From: an uncultured Victivallis sp.
GTDB lineage: Bacteria > Verrucomicrobiota > Lentisphaeria > Victivallales > GWF2-50-93
NCBI GenBank assembly: GCA_964540865.1
Contig: CAZION010000007.1
Location: 17,130-81,129, forward strand
DNA: 64,000 nucleotides
Direction: 5' to 3'
Shown here: positions 18,129 to 28,324 of the stretch, piece after piece
Numbering within the stretch: the first letter of the stretch is position 1
How the letters are laid out: each line of letters opens with the position of its first letter
Notes under the pieces: generated by a model
Told to the model about the DNA's origin: nothing
The model's input: only the letters and a program-made list of their open reading frames with translations
Database searches by the model: none
Made by a program: the position numbers and the translations under genes

Positions 18129-21100
18129 ATGCAAAGATATTGTAAGCTTGGGACTTTAATGCGTCATCCTTTTCATCGTATCCGTTTTTTATTGATGGGA
18201 TTGTCTATTTGCGCGATATCAGCCACTGCGTTCGAGAAGACTGTTCAGGAAGATGTCTACCGGGCTTTACCTCTCAAGCCCGTCCTGGTCAAAAGCGACC
18301 TGACGAAGCGGGATGGTTTTCACTGGAAGAAGGGCAGGGATGCCGTTGAGCAGTTCAACTCGTTCTCCCCGGAAGTTAGAGGTCAGAAAATAGAAGGTGG
18401 TGTTTTGTCTTTCACCGTTGCGTCCGACAAGGCTGCGCTCAGCTGGGGTAATTGCCGCGGTCTCCAGAAAAAAGATGAGGTGCAGGAATTATTCGACGGG
18501 ATAAATCTGATCGATATGGAGGTACGGCAGTCCAAGCCGAAAAGCCAGTGGAGTATTGAATTGTGGGGTGGCGGCAACCAGATGGGAAAGGCATACCGCT
18601 CCGAGGTACGTGCCTTCGGCAAATCCGGGAGTTGGGAAACATTGTCCTTTTCCGCCTTCAATCCGGGTGCGGACGGATTTACCCTTGTCCTTGTAAGCGA
18701 GGCGGACAACCAGATTGAAATCAAGAACCTCAGGTTTTCCCGTCCTGAAGCCACAGGATGTTTTGTCCGCGACTTCCAGGTTCCATCTGGTGGCAAAATC
18801 TGGCGGGCGATTGGATCAGTCTCGAGCGGCACGACGCTGTGGGTAAATGGAAAGACAGTCGATACCGGATACGCAGGAGCGCAGAGGAACGGACGCGTCA
18901 TCAGCGTTGATATTGCACCCTTCCTGAGGAACGGGAATAATCGTGTTGCAGTCTCTGGAGTCTTTGCGAAAAACAGCGAGGTATTCTTCTATTTCCAGGG
19001 ACGTGTTGTACTGGAAAACGGGGAAATTATCGAGTTGGACGCGCCGAATGGATGGAAATCATCTCCGTCCATCCCGGAAAATTGGATGTTGCCGGACTAC
19101 GATGTTTCCCAATGGAAAGATGCAGAGGTGTTTTCAACAAAAGCCGACCGTTCCGACCCGCTTTATCCAAGTTCGACGATGGTGTATGCATTTAAACGTG
19201 CGACTCTTTACCCTTTGATCGAATACGACGGGCGGATCGTCTACCGAAATTCCGATGCGACCCGGCTATGGTTCCGATCTGAAAAGCCTGTGAAGCTGGA
19301 AATTCTGATCCCTGCAGGGTTGGCAGATAAAACACCGGAGATTGTATGGGCGTTACGCCGCATTCAGGGAGTCGATGAAATCGATGTGGCATCCGGCACA
19401 GAAAAGACTTTCAACAGACGCGACAAGTCCCTGGTCTTCACGCCTGATCTTGGTTTGCTTCCACAGGCGGTCTACACCCTCGAGGCCACGCTGAAAAGCG
19501 ATGGAAAGCTCCTGGAAAAACGCTACAGGGAACCACTGATGGTCTTCGGTAGGACAGTGCAGCAGGAAGTGGCCGGCACTTCTTTCGAGCAGGGAATGGA
19601 GAGGGAACTGGAGACGGAAATCGACTTTACCGATCCCAAAAGCCCATATCCCTGGGTGGACAAGGCCGGTGAGGACGATGCCAATCCTACCATCGCCAAG
19701 AAGCCACTGCTTAAGACACCACGGATTGTCAGGAACGGCGACATGGTCTACCGCGAGACCCAGGACGACAGTGTCATATCCCTTTTCTCATATCGGTTCG
19801 AGTTCAAGCATCCCGGCGACTGGTACACGCTGGAGCTTGACTATCCCAATGACAAACCTAGGGCCATCGCCGTATCGATCACCAACCCGTATCAGGACGG
19901 CAAGCCAAGCAAGAAAGGCTTTATGACGGAGTCCGGCCCAGGAGTCGTCACCGGTGTGGACGTTCCCGTGTCAAATAAAATGCAGACATTGAAATGGATT
20001 CACCGGGCGGACAGGGGAGAACAGACCATAGACATCGTCAATCTTGACAAAGGCAAGCGGGCCGCAGCCTCCAAAGTCAGGATTTATCATGTCAAAGGGA
20101 ATCTGCCGGCGATGCGAACCGTAACCACAAACCAACGTTTCTTCGGGGCGCACGAGGAACGGCCCCTTCATATCGGATTGAATTTCGGTATCGATTATCC
20201 TGGACAGTACGAACAATATTATAAATCGAAAGATGTAGATTTCCTTGGCTATTATCTCTATAGGCTGGCCTGGTACGCGGACGTGGCCAACCATTATACG
20301 CAGTACCTCCGCTTCTCTGGGCAGAATTTTCATGTCATAGGCAGCTATCAGTATAATGAGGACAACATGTCATACAGCCTTCCCAACCGGGTCATAGGAT
20401 CCAGCCAGGTTCCCTGCGACATCAGGGAGGCGCTGTTGAAGTACTTCGAGGCCAACGATATCAAAGCCATGAGCCTGGTCGAGTTCTGGGCCACACGAGG
20501 TATGAAGGAAAAACGGGATGTCAGCGATGCGCAAGTTGCGGCTGGAATTGATACGACCATGCCGGTGCTTAAGAATGGCAAGCAGATGGCAACCTTCCAG
20601 AACTACATCCATCCCGAAGTTGAAAAGGCCTATTTGAACATAATCGACGATCTCTCGAAGAAATTTGCTGATTCCCCCGCCTGGATGGGTGTCTATCTGA
20701 TGCCGTATCCAAACCAGGTGGGCTTCGGTCCGGCCTTATGTACCCCGACAGGCAGTCCTTTGGACGTGGACTATTCCGATGCCACAGTACAGGCGTTTGT
20801 TCAGGATACCGGAATCAAGGTTCCTGGAGAGGGCCCGGACCGCTTTCAAAAACGCTATGACTTTCTGACATCGGACAAGATGAAGGAAAAATGGCTGGAC
20901 TGGCGCTGTCAGCGGCAGCGTGACATTTTCGTCAAAACCCGTGACGTTTTGAAAAAACACCGAAAAGACCTGAATTGCGTGGTTGGAGATTATATTTCCG
21001 TCAGCGAACGGATTGAGCCATGGAGGATGTCCATCAAATCCTATCGCGACAGCAATCGGCTTTTCGGGTTCGACGGCTCCATGTACAAAGACATAGAAGG

Positions 21101-22679
21101 TCTTTCTTTCGGCCGCTACATGTATTCGCGGGCCATGCCAGCCCATTCCCCCTCGGTCCGCGACCATTGGACTTCCCCTGAGGTCATGGCGTTCTATCCC
21201 GACAGTCCAATACGACTTGTAGCCGACATGACAGGCTGGCATGAATTGAGTGAAATCCTTCCGGAAAATGCGGACTGGCCATTCATCCGTAACATAGCGC
21301 GCTTTCTGCCACGTAAGGATCTGGACAACAGTAAGGAGTGTTTCACGTTGGCGATGATCATGTCCGATCCGAACTTGGTACTTTTTGGATTTGCGGATGT
21401 TGGTGAGATGGTGGGACAGGAACAGCAGACCCGGGAGATCGCCCGGGCGATCACGTCATTGCCCGCCGTGAAACTGCCTTTGGTGCTCAACACCGGGATC
21501 GACAGCAACCTGGCAATACGTGCGGGAACGGCCAACGGGAAATATTATTTCTACGTCGCCAATCCGGTGTTTTGGAATATTGCCGCCGAGGTTACCATCA
21601 TTGGCACGGAAAAAGTCTTTGACGCCGCCTCAGGTGAGGAGGTCAAAACCATCCGTCGCGGAAACTCTCTAGTTGTTCCGATTGCGCTGGGACCTTTCGG
21701 TGTCCGTACTTTTTACACCGGTGACCCTGGCGCCACTGTCAATGCCTGTGAAAATGCGCCGCTCGCTCCGGAAGAGATTGGGAAGCTGAACGATGCCTCC
21801 CAGGATTATTTCCGCCTTCTGTCCAATACTAAAACACTCAGTCTCATGACTACTGATGAAATCGCACGCCTTTGCGGTAAACTCTCCGCGTCCACCAACA
21901 ACAAGGAAAAAGGAGAATACGCCGCCGCCTGGTTGGCGCTTAACGACGGATTCTGTCGGGGATTGATCGATCAGCGCTCCGGTTTCGCCCGCTACGCTGC
22001 GACGTTGGATTCATTGGCTGTGAATAAGAAGAACGCCGCGCGTCCGACATATGACGCCACCCGGAAAAACGCCACGCCCACTATTGACGGCGACTTGGAC
22101 GATCCATTTTGGCGCGATGTCCCCTATGTCAAACTCGACTACATGGTCAGCTCGCAGCTTATCCCTATCGGTCCTGCGGTTACCGAAACCAGGGTGAAAA
22201 TAGCGTATACCGATGAGGCATTGTTTATCGCCTGTGCCAGCGCCGACAACGATATTGCAAACGTCAAGACCGTCGCCGAAACCGGTCCGGAATTGTACCT
22301 TAAGCACGATGACATGGTCGATTTTTTCCTGAAACCTCCTTTTGGAAATGAGGAGATCTTTCAATTTGCGTCCAACGCCAAAGGCATCCAATTCTCCAAA
22401 CTCGTAACCGAAGGATTTAACCCTCACGTTAAAAAGAATGATGAATTTAAAACGACCGCCTGGAGGGTCGCCGCAAAAATAGGCAAAGACCGCTGGACCC
22501 TTGAATTCACCATCCCATTTTCCTGTTTCGAGCTGGGCGCAGCTCCTAAAGAGGGGACTGAATGGCGGATGAATTTCCGGCGCCGCCATCGGGAATTCGC
22601 CACTGTTCCGGAACAAGTGTGGACTCCACTTACGCGGAGCTATTACAATTGGAGCGAATACGGATATCTTAAATTTTAA
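18129..22679 (+). CDS. Large secreted multidomain putative glycoside hydrolase (beta-sandwich domains, TIM-barrel-like core, C-terminal CBM9-like domain)
   Basis: 1516 aa with signal peptide; LWVNG...DIAPFLRNGNNRVAV sugar-binding jelly roll; NYIHPEV...DYSD.TV..F...W..WRC GH-like core; PTIDGDLDD..W...WTLEFTIPF...WRMNF.R. Confidence 0.7.
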   Translation: MQRYCKLGTLMRHPFHRIRFLLMGLSICAISATAFEKTVQEDVYRALPLKPVLVKSDLTKRDGFHWKKGRDAVEQFNSFSPEVRGQKIEGGVLSFTVASDKAALSWGNCRGLQKKDEVQELFDGINLIDMEVRQSKPKSQWSIELWGGGNQMGKAYRSEVRAFGKSGSWETLSFSAFNPGADGFTLVLVSEADNQIEIKNLRFSRPEATGCFVRDFQVPSGGKIWRAIGSVSSGTTLWVNGKTVDTGYAGAQRNGRVISVDIAPFLRNGNNRVAVSGVFAKNSEVFFYFQGRVVLENGEIIELDAPNGWKSSPSIPENWMLPDYDVSQWKDAEVFSTKADRSDPLYPSSTMVYAFKRATLYPLIEYDGRIVYRNSDATRLWFRSEKPVKLEILIPAGLADKTPEIVWALRRIQGVDEIDVASGTEKTFNRRDKSLVFTPDLGLLPQAVYTLEATLKSDGKLLEKRYREPLMVFGRTVQQEVAGTSFEQGMERELETEIDFTDPKSPYPWVDKAGEDDANPTIAKKPLLKTPRIVRNGDMVYRETQDDSVISLFSYRFEFKHPGDWYTLELDYPNDKPRAIAVSITNPYQDGKPSKKGFMTESGPGVVTGVDVPVSNKMQTLKWIHRADRGEQTIDIVNLDKGKRAAASKVRIYHVKGNLPAMRTVTTNQRFFGAHEERPLHIGLNFGIDYPGQYEQYYKSKDVDFLGYYLYRLAWYADVANHYTQYLRFSGQNFHVIGSYQYNEDNMSYSLPNRVIGSSQVPCDIREALLKYFEANDIKAMSLVEFWATRGMKEKRDVSDAQVAAGIDTTMPVLKNGKQMATFQNYIHPEVEKAYLNIIDDLSKKFADSPAWMGVYLMPYPNQVGFGPALCTPTGSPLDVDYSDATVQAFVQDTGIKVPGEGPDRFQKRYDFLTSDKMKEKWLDWRCQRQRDIFVKTRDVLKKHRKDLNCVVGDYISVSERIEPWRMSIKSYRDSNRLFGFDGSMYKDIEGLSFGRYMYSRAMPAHSPSVRDHWTSPEVMAFYPDSPIRLVADMTGWHELSEILPENADWPFIRNIARFLPRKDLDNSKECFTLAMIMSDPNLVLFGFADVGEMVGQEQQTREIARAITSLPAVKLPLVLNTGIDSNLAIRAGTANGKYYFYVANPVFWNIAAEVTIIGTEKVFDAASGEEVKTIRRGNSLVVPIALGPFGVRTFYTGDPGATVNACENAPLAPEEIGKLNDASQDYFRLLSNTKTLSLMTTDEIARLCGKLSASTNNKEKGEYAAAWLALNDGFCRGLIDQRSGFARYAATLDSLAVNKKNAARPTYDATRKNATPTIDGDLDDPFWRDVPYVKLDYMVSSQLIPIGPAVTETRVKIAYTDEALFIACASADNDIANVKTVAETGPELYLKHDDMVDFFLKPPFGNEEIFQFASNAKGIQFSKLVTEGFNPHVKKNDEFKTTAWRVAAKIGKDRWTLEFTIPFSCFELGAAPKEGTEWRMNFRRRHREFATVPEQVWTPLTRSYYNWSEYGYLKF

Positions 22680-22694
22680 CGGATAGGCTGGCAG

Positions 22695-23726
22695 ATGAGG
22701 GTACATATTTTCTCAATTATGATGATTGGCTTGCTCTGTTTAACAGGGTGTTCCGATCCACGCCCAGTGCCTTCAGTGCCGTCAACGCCACCGCAGGTGG
22801 CCAGTTATATCGTTTCCCCTCCGTCTGCACTGGCGATCGAGGAACTGGAGAAGCGCCTGCATCAAATTGAATTCTTCGAGAAACACCCCGAGATTTTCAA
22901 TGTGCCGGAACAGGAACGCCGCGTTATCCTTGAGAAACTTGGAGACGCGAAGTCCGATATCGCGAAAAAAGAATACGCTGCCGCCTGGCGGAAACTCACT
23001 GGAAGCGCATGTCAGACATTTGCGGGACTGAAAGTTGTCAAACATGGCAATGTGCAATATGCGACAAACTCCTTTTCAGAATTCGGCATCTTCAGGAGAG
23101 GACAACTGCTGCTGACCGGTATGAGCATATCAGTCACTGTCCGCCATGCGCCGGACATCATTTTGTATTACACTTCAGACAAACACCCTGACTGGGCACC
23201 GGGGTTTATCGGTGAGACAAAGGAAACAACCCGCTCATTCTTTGAATGGGGGCCGTATCTTCGCGGCAACTCGTTTCCATTCTCGATGCGGACAAGCGTC
23301 GATGCGCAAAGTGTCCTTTGGCGGGTGCGTTGTTCCTCAACCCAAAATTCCGTCCACCGTCCTGGATGGAAAAATTGGTTCTCCCTGACCTTTCACGGTA
23401 ATTCCGAATTTTTATGGGATTGTCCGATCACGATCGTGAACCTACAGGGCGAACGAAAAGAAGTGAACGTTCCGGCCTTGTCGTCTCCAGAACCATGGAG
23501 CAAGCGCTTCGAGAAGACGGCGTCGATTGTCTTTCATCGTCCTGATGGCGATATTTCGTTATCCATCAAGCCGGAAACTGATCAATCTCCGGGTTTTTCC
23601 GGTCTGACGGCAACCGCCGACAAAGCAAAAAAAGAATGGGAATTCAATGTAGGATGGGAAATTCCGGAAAAATCTGAACCAAAAGAGTATCGGGCGGATT
23701 TTGACATGCAAATCCAATTAGAATGA
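22695..23726 (+). CDS. Hypothetical lipoprotein
   Basis: Lipobox LTGC after a hydrophobic signal; operonic spacing; start probably 22695/22719. Confidence 0.7.
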   Translation: MRVHIFSIMMIGLLCLTGCSDPRPVPSVPSTPPQVASYIVSPPSALAIEELEKRLHQIEFFEKHPEIFNVPEQERRVILEKLGDAKSDIAKKEYAAAWRKLTGSACQTFAGLKVVKHGNVQYATNSFSEFGIFRRGQLLLTGMSISVTVRHAPDIILYYTSDKHPDWAPGFIGETKETTRSFFEWGPYLRGNSFPFSMRTSVDAQSVLWRVRCSSTQNSVHRPGWKNWFSLTFHGNSEFLWDCPITIVNLQGERKEVNVPALSSPEPWSKRFEKTASIVFHRPDGDISLSIKPETDQSPGFSGLTATADKAKKEWEFNVGWEIPEKSEPKEYRADFDMQIQLE

Positions 23727-23742
23727 TTTTTAATAAAAGAGG

Positions 23743-24471
23743 ATGACAAAAATGAACAAGTATCCATCAAGACATAAACAAATGACTAGCTTAATGTTTT
23801 TTACACTTATCGAATTGCTCGTTGTAATTGCGATCATCGCAATCCTTGCAGCCATGCTCCTTCCGGCATTGAAGAATGCAAAGGACAGTGCGAAAACCAT
23901 CAGCTGCCTGGGCAATCTCAAGCAACTTGGATTGGGGCTCGCCTCATATGCTAACGACTATGAGGGATATTATCCTTCCTGGAGAAAATTGTCACCTTCG
24001 ATATATTGGCATTATTATGACTACTTTGGGGAATATGTAAACGGTCCGAAAGTCAATAATTCGAATATAACAAGCTCCGTTTTCTGGTGTCCGGGGGAAA
24101 GTCGAAGACAGATAAGCTCCGGCACGCCGGATGATGCCACGGAGATAAGCAGTATTACTCCAAACTACAATTACACCTTCGAGCTCTCCACCGCTCCCAA
24201 CCCTGCCGCAGCAAATAACAATAATTATATGAACATGAAAATGATTAAATATCCTGAAAAGAAAATTATCATTTCGGACTCGAAGAAATTTAGCAGTGTA
24301 GGCTACGACCATGTTGCACTTTGGGGCATACCCTACTATATCAACACAGCTAGCCTGTGGGCCAGGCATCGGCGAAGCCACAATTACCTATCTATGGATG
24401 GCCATGCTGAAAGTGGTGCCTGGATCAATCCCGGAGATGAGTTCTGCTATCGCTACTGGCCATATAATTAG
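23743..24471 (+). CDS. Prepilin-type N-terminal cleavage/methylation domain protein with H-X9-DG motif (PVC-type pseudopilin)
   Basis: [34 protein letters not shown]; FWCP; [14 protein letters not shown]. Confidence 0.93.
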   Translation: MTKMNKYPSRHKQMTSLMFFTLIELLVVIAIIAILAAMLLPALKNAKDSAKTISCLGNLKQLGLGLASYANDYEGYYPSWRKLSPSIYWHYYDYFGEYVNGPKVNNSNITSSVFWCPGESRRQISSGTPDDATEISSITPNYNYTFELSTAPNPAAANNNNYMNMKMIKYPEKKIIISDSKKFSSVGYDHVALWGIPYYINTASLWARHRRSHNYLSMDGHAESGAWINPGDEFCYRYWPYN

Positions 24472-24521
24472 ACGAAGTGGTGGATTGCACTAATGGGAAA
24501 CCCTAAAGTAAAGAAAGAAGC

Positions 24522-25424
24522 ATGAACACCTTTGCAGGAATGATGTCTGTATTTTTCTGGTCTGGAACAATTCCGCTTTCACGGAGCCTGACGGAAAAGC
24601 TGGGAGCTTTCAATACCGCCGGACTTGCCTGTCTCATCGGGGGATCATTGCCTGTTCTATACTACATGGCCTTTCATCGTTCCCAGTTCCGGACACTGCT
24701 GAGGCTTTCCCCTAGATACCTTTGGCTCTGCGGGGGTACGTTCATCCTGTACATGGTTTCCCTTTATGTCGCAATAGGCATGGCGGCGAACCGCCAGCAG
24801 ATTGTCGAAGTCGGGCTGATAAATTATCTCTGGCCGACTTTCATTCTCGTGTTTTCAATTCCAATCCTGAAGAACAGGGCGAGTCCGTGGCTTGCTCTCG
24901 GCATATTGATTTCGCTTTCGGGGATTGTCATGGCCGATGCATCGATGAACAAGGAGGATTTCACCCTGCATAACATGCTGAATAATATAGGTAACAATTT
25001 TCTGCCGTATGTCTTTGCGCTTTCAGCAGCCATCACATGGAGCATCTATTCAAATTTAGCGCGCCTTTATGCGGGGTTGTCGAACAAGCTGATGGTTCCA
25101 CTGCTCCTGATCGCAAGCGGAATCATACTGGAAATACTATCCGTCTGCTTCCGTGAGAAGGCCGTCTGGGATTTGACGACATCTATTGAACTTCTGATTC
25201 TCGCCATTTTTCCATGTGTTCTGGCATATATTTTTTGGGATATTGCTATGCGCAAAGGCAATGTCATCCTCGTAACTTCGTTCTCATATCTGACTCCTCT
25301 TTTTTCAGTGATTCTCACCGGGTTCTATCTAGGAGTCACTCTTGTGAACGGAGTGTGGATTGCCTGCGCCCTTGTGATCTCCGGAGCGGTGATCTGCAAT
25401 TATTCGATGAAGAAGAAAATATGA
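24522..25424 (+). CDS. DMT/EamA family transporter (YddG-like)
   Basis: About 10 TM helices; EVGLINYLWP, SYLTPLFS. Confidence 0.88.
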   Translation: MNTFAGMMSVFFWSGTIPLSRSLTEKLGAFNTAGLACLIGGSLPVLYYMAFHRSQFRTLLRLSPRYLWLCGGTFILYMVSLYVAIGMAANRQQIVEVGLINYLWPTFILVFSIPILKNRASPWLALGILISLSGIVMADASMNKEDFTLHNMLNNIGNNFLPYVFALSAAITWSIYSNLARLYAGLSNKLMVPLLLIASGIILEILSVCFREKAVWDLTTSIELLILAIFPCVLAYIFWDIAMRKGNVILVTSFSYLTPLFSVILTGFYLGVTLVNGVWIACALVISGAVICNYSMKKKI

Positions 25425-25525
25425 AATCGGAAATATCCCATAAGGCAAATGAACTGGTTAAGTCTGATCTTTACAAGGATGCTGCGAAGTTTATGGAGAC
25501 ATATTAATATAAAGGACGAAGGGTT

Positions 25526-26608
25526 ATGGAAAAGAAATTGAAGGTTGGTTTTGTTGGTCTCGGAGGAATTGCCAGCGGTCATCTGACAGCTGTGGCAGAG
25601 TCGCCGTTGGCCGAGATTGCCGGGCTCTGTGACGTGAGCGAGGAAACACTGGCGAAGCGGGGCAGGGAATTCAAGGTGGCTGCGCTGTTCTCCGACTACA
25701 TGGAAATGTTGAACAACACCGAGATTGATGCTGTGGTGATCAGTACTCCAAATGCAATTCACAAGGAAGTTGCAATAGCATCGCTGCGGTCTGGCAGACA
25801 TGTCTTCTGCGAAAAGCCTATTACAGCGACGCTTGCCGATGCCATTGCCATCCGGGAGGTTGCGAAAAGCGCAAAAGCGAAATTACAGATCGGCATGTGC
25901 CGTCGTTTTCAGTCTGCCAGCGCAGCAATCCGGAGACTTGTCCAAAGCGGTGAACTCGGAGATATATATCATATAAAGTTCTCCTTGCGTCGCCAGGGTG
26001 GGATTCCCCTGCATGGTGCATGGTTCATGAAGAAAGAGCTTTCCGGAGGCGGCGTCGTGGTTGATTTGGCCGTACATTCCCTGGACCTGGGGCTCTGGTG
26101 CGCCGACATGTGGGATCCTGTATCAGCCTCGTGTATCTGCCATACACGGATTGGCGCGGATCTGACAAGTTATGTTCCCACCGCCAACTGGCCGGCCTAT
26201 GATCCAAAGAGAAATGCCGCCGCCATGGATGTGGAGGAATTCGCCTGTGGATTGGTTCGGTTTGGAAAGGGGCGCTCCCTGCAGTTCGAATTAAGCTGGG
26301 CGCTCCACGGATTGGAGGAAAACATCATCGAGATTTTCGGCAACAAGGGGGGGGTGCGTATGGGCACTGGCGAGCCGATCCGATTGTTCAAGCCGGTCAA
26401 TGGTCTGCCCGCTGTCACGGAACTGAAATTGCCATTGGACAAGGTTTCCAACTATAAACGCCAGATAGATGATTTCCTGGAATCCATCGTCTATGATCGC
26501 CCTGTCCAGGCGCCCATAGATGACGGTGTGACCGTAATGGCGATTATTGACGCGCTTTACCGGTCCGCGGAAAGCAACAGGGATGCAAACATCGAATTTC
26601 GAAGATGA
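25526..26608 (+). CDS. Gfo/Idh/MocA family oxidoreductase
   Basis: GFVGLGGIA, STPN..H, HVFCEKP, GGGVVVDLAVHSLD. Confidence 0.93.
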   Translation: MEKKLKVGFVGLGGIASGHLTAVAESPLAEIAGLCDVSEETLAKRGREFKVAALFSDYMEMLNNTEIDAVVISTPNAIHKEVAIASLRSGRHVFCEKPITATLADAIAIREVAKSAKAKLQIGMCRRFQSASAAIRRLVQSGELGDIYHIKFSLRRQGGIPLHGAWFMKKELSGGGVVVDLAVHSLDLGLWCADMWDPVSASCICHTRIGADLTSYVPTANWPAYDPKRNAAAMDVEEFACGLVRFGKGRSLQFELSWALHGLEENIIEIFGNKGGVRMGTGEPIRLFKPVNGLPAVTELKLPLDKVSNYKRQIDDFLESIVYDRPVQAPIDDGVTVMAIIDALYRSAESNRDANIEFRR

Positions 26609-26620
26609 GGAGAGCTAGTC

Positions 26621-27316
26621 ATGTATAGGAGAATTCTGATTTTCGCCGCCCATGACGATGATGAGATCTCGATGGCGGGAACCATCGCCAAACTAAGCGG
26701 CCATGGCACGGAAGTGACCGTGGTAATGTTTACGGATGGGCGGGAAGGCTATCCCGATGCAAAGGAGAGGGACACCATCGTGGCACGGCGCGAGGAGGAA
26801 GCCGCCGAGTGCGACAAGGTGCTGGGCGTTGCGCACCGAATCCGTCTCAAGCAACCTGACATGATCGGGGATGGCTATGAGTTGTCAGCCCTCCATGAGG
26901 CCATCCGCGCCATCCGGACATATCGCCCCGAAGCTGTTTTCACACATGGCCCGAATGATCTGCATCGTGACCATCGGGCGTTGAGTGCGATGAGTCTGGA
27001 CGCTGCCTTCCATGCGGGTGAGCCTGTCAGCGCCCTTCTCGGATCTCCATGGAAAACACCTTGGATATTCTATTACAAAGGTGTTGATGCAGGGAAACTG
27101 CCGCGCTTTGAAATCGATATTACGGATACTGCGCACAAGCGGTTTGAGGCGCTGGCGACGCAGGTGTCCCAATTCACACTTTTCAAGACGACAAAAGAAG
27201 AGCTTGTGACTAAAGTGGAACAGATGCGGCGTGAAAGGAAACCAGCGGTGGAGACTTTCTATCTCTGTGAACGAATTACCGCAAAGGGTTTTCCTCAGAC
27301 AGAAGAAAGTCTGTAA
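26621..27316 (+). CDS. PIG-L/LmbE family N-acetyl deacetylase
   Basis: AHDDDE, GTIAK, R..E...C..LG, H.P.D.HRDH, SQF. Confidence 0.9.
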   Translation: MYRRILIFAAHDDDEISMAGTIAKLSGHGTEVTVVMFTDGREGYPDAKERDTIVARREEEAAECDKVLGVAHRIRLKQPDMIGDGYELSALHEAIRAIRTYRPEAVFTHGPNDLHRDHRALSAMSLDAAFHAGEPVSALLGSPWKTPWIFYYKGVDAGKLPRFEIDITDTAHKRFEALATQVSQFTLFKTTKEELVTKVEQMRRERKPAVETFYLCERITAKGFPQTEESL

Positions 27317-27365
27317 AATAAAAACGATAAGAACTTTGACTGAAAAATAAAGGAGCATCCAACAA

Positions 27366-28298
27366 ATGAAGAAAGAATTACTGGGAGTGTATCTGGCCAG
27401 TGCGTTACCCTCCGCAAATAAGGATCCGGAAACAGCAATGAGGCTGATCGCAAAGCATGGTTTCAAGGCTGTCCAGTTCTACCACTACAACTCGAAAGGC
27501 GACTTGTCGCTCAAGGATAAAACTGAAAAAGAACGCCTGCGCCTGCTTGTGGACATTCCCGGCGAACTTGGACTGACTGTTACTGGACTCGCCTGCGACA
27601 ACTCCTGGGAGAAGCAGGCCACCGTGCAGGAGCGTTCAGTTGATTTGATGGCGACGGTTGATCTGGCGGTGCGCTGTAAAATTCCGGTGGTAATCATTCA
27701 CGGAGGGGAGCGAATAGTGGCTGATGAGGAGGAGAACACGCGAGCCTGGAAGCGCCTGCTCGAAAACCTCAAGTTTGGGATTCGCTATGCAACAGACAAG
27801 GGAGTGACCCTCACACAGGAGCCGGGCGGAGGAGTATGGATGGTGCATGGCTGGAAGATATTGGCGCGACTGAGGGACGAGATAGGCGAATCGTTTAAAG
27901 TCAACTATGACCCAGCGAACGTGAGGATGTCGGCGCAGGATCCGGTAGAGGGCGTTTATCAGCTTGCGGGAGCGATTGCCCATTGCCATATTAAAGACGC
28001 AGGTTTCGTAAAGCCGAAAACCCACTTGGACGCCTACAACGCCACATTTGACGAACGCCGTGGAGGATTTCAATTCAATGCCTGCCTTGAGGCGATCCTC
28101 AAGGACTGCGACAACAAGAAAAACTCGTTTGTGGAAACAGTGGTCGGGCAGGGCGAAGTGGATTTCAAGGCATTGCTCAAGGCATTGCGCGAAACTGGTT
28201 TCGACGGTGCAATGGCAATTGAACGAGAAGGCGGTGAAAACCGCATGGAAGACATTCTGACTGCCCGCGAATGCCTGTTGAAAAACGGGTTAAATTGA
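27366..28298 (+). CDS. Sugar phosphate isomerase/epimerase (AP endonuclease 2 / IolE-like)
   Basis: VNYDPAN, HCHIKD, VGQGEVDF, GFDGAMAIERE. Confidence 0.9.
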   Translation: MKKELLGVYLASALPSANKDPETAMRLIAKHGFKAVQFYHYNSKGDLSLKDKTEKERLRLLVDIPGELGLTVTGLACDNSWEKQATVQERSVDLMATVDLAVRCKIPVVIIHGGERIVADEEENTRAWKRLLENLKFGIRYATDKGVTLTQEPGGGVWMVHGWKILARLRDEIGESFKVNYDPANVRMSAQDPVEGVYQLAGAIAHCHIKDAGFVKPKTHLDAYNATFDERRGGFQFNACLEAILKDCDNKKNSFVETVVGQGEVDFKALLKALRETGFDGAMAIEREGGENRMEDILTARECLLKNGLN

Positions 28299-28324
28299 TA
28301 ATATCCATATTAAGGTGTTTACAG

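Noticed and set aside
23743-24471. Type II secretion or type IV pilus locus
   Set aside because: Single pseudopilin only; no ATPase, secretin or platform genes
25421-25507. 28-codon ORF MKSEISHK... overlapping the DMT stop (ATGA)
   Set aside because: Too short with no recognisable motif; may be a remnant but cannot be supported
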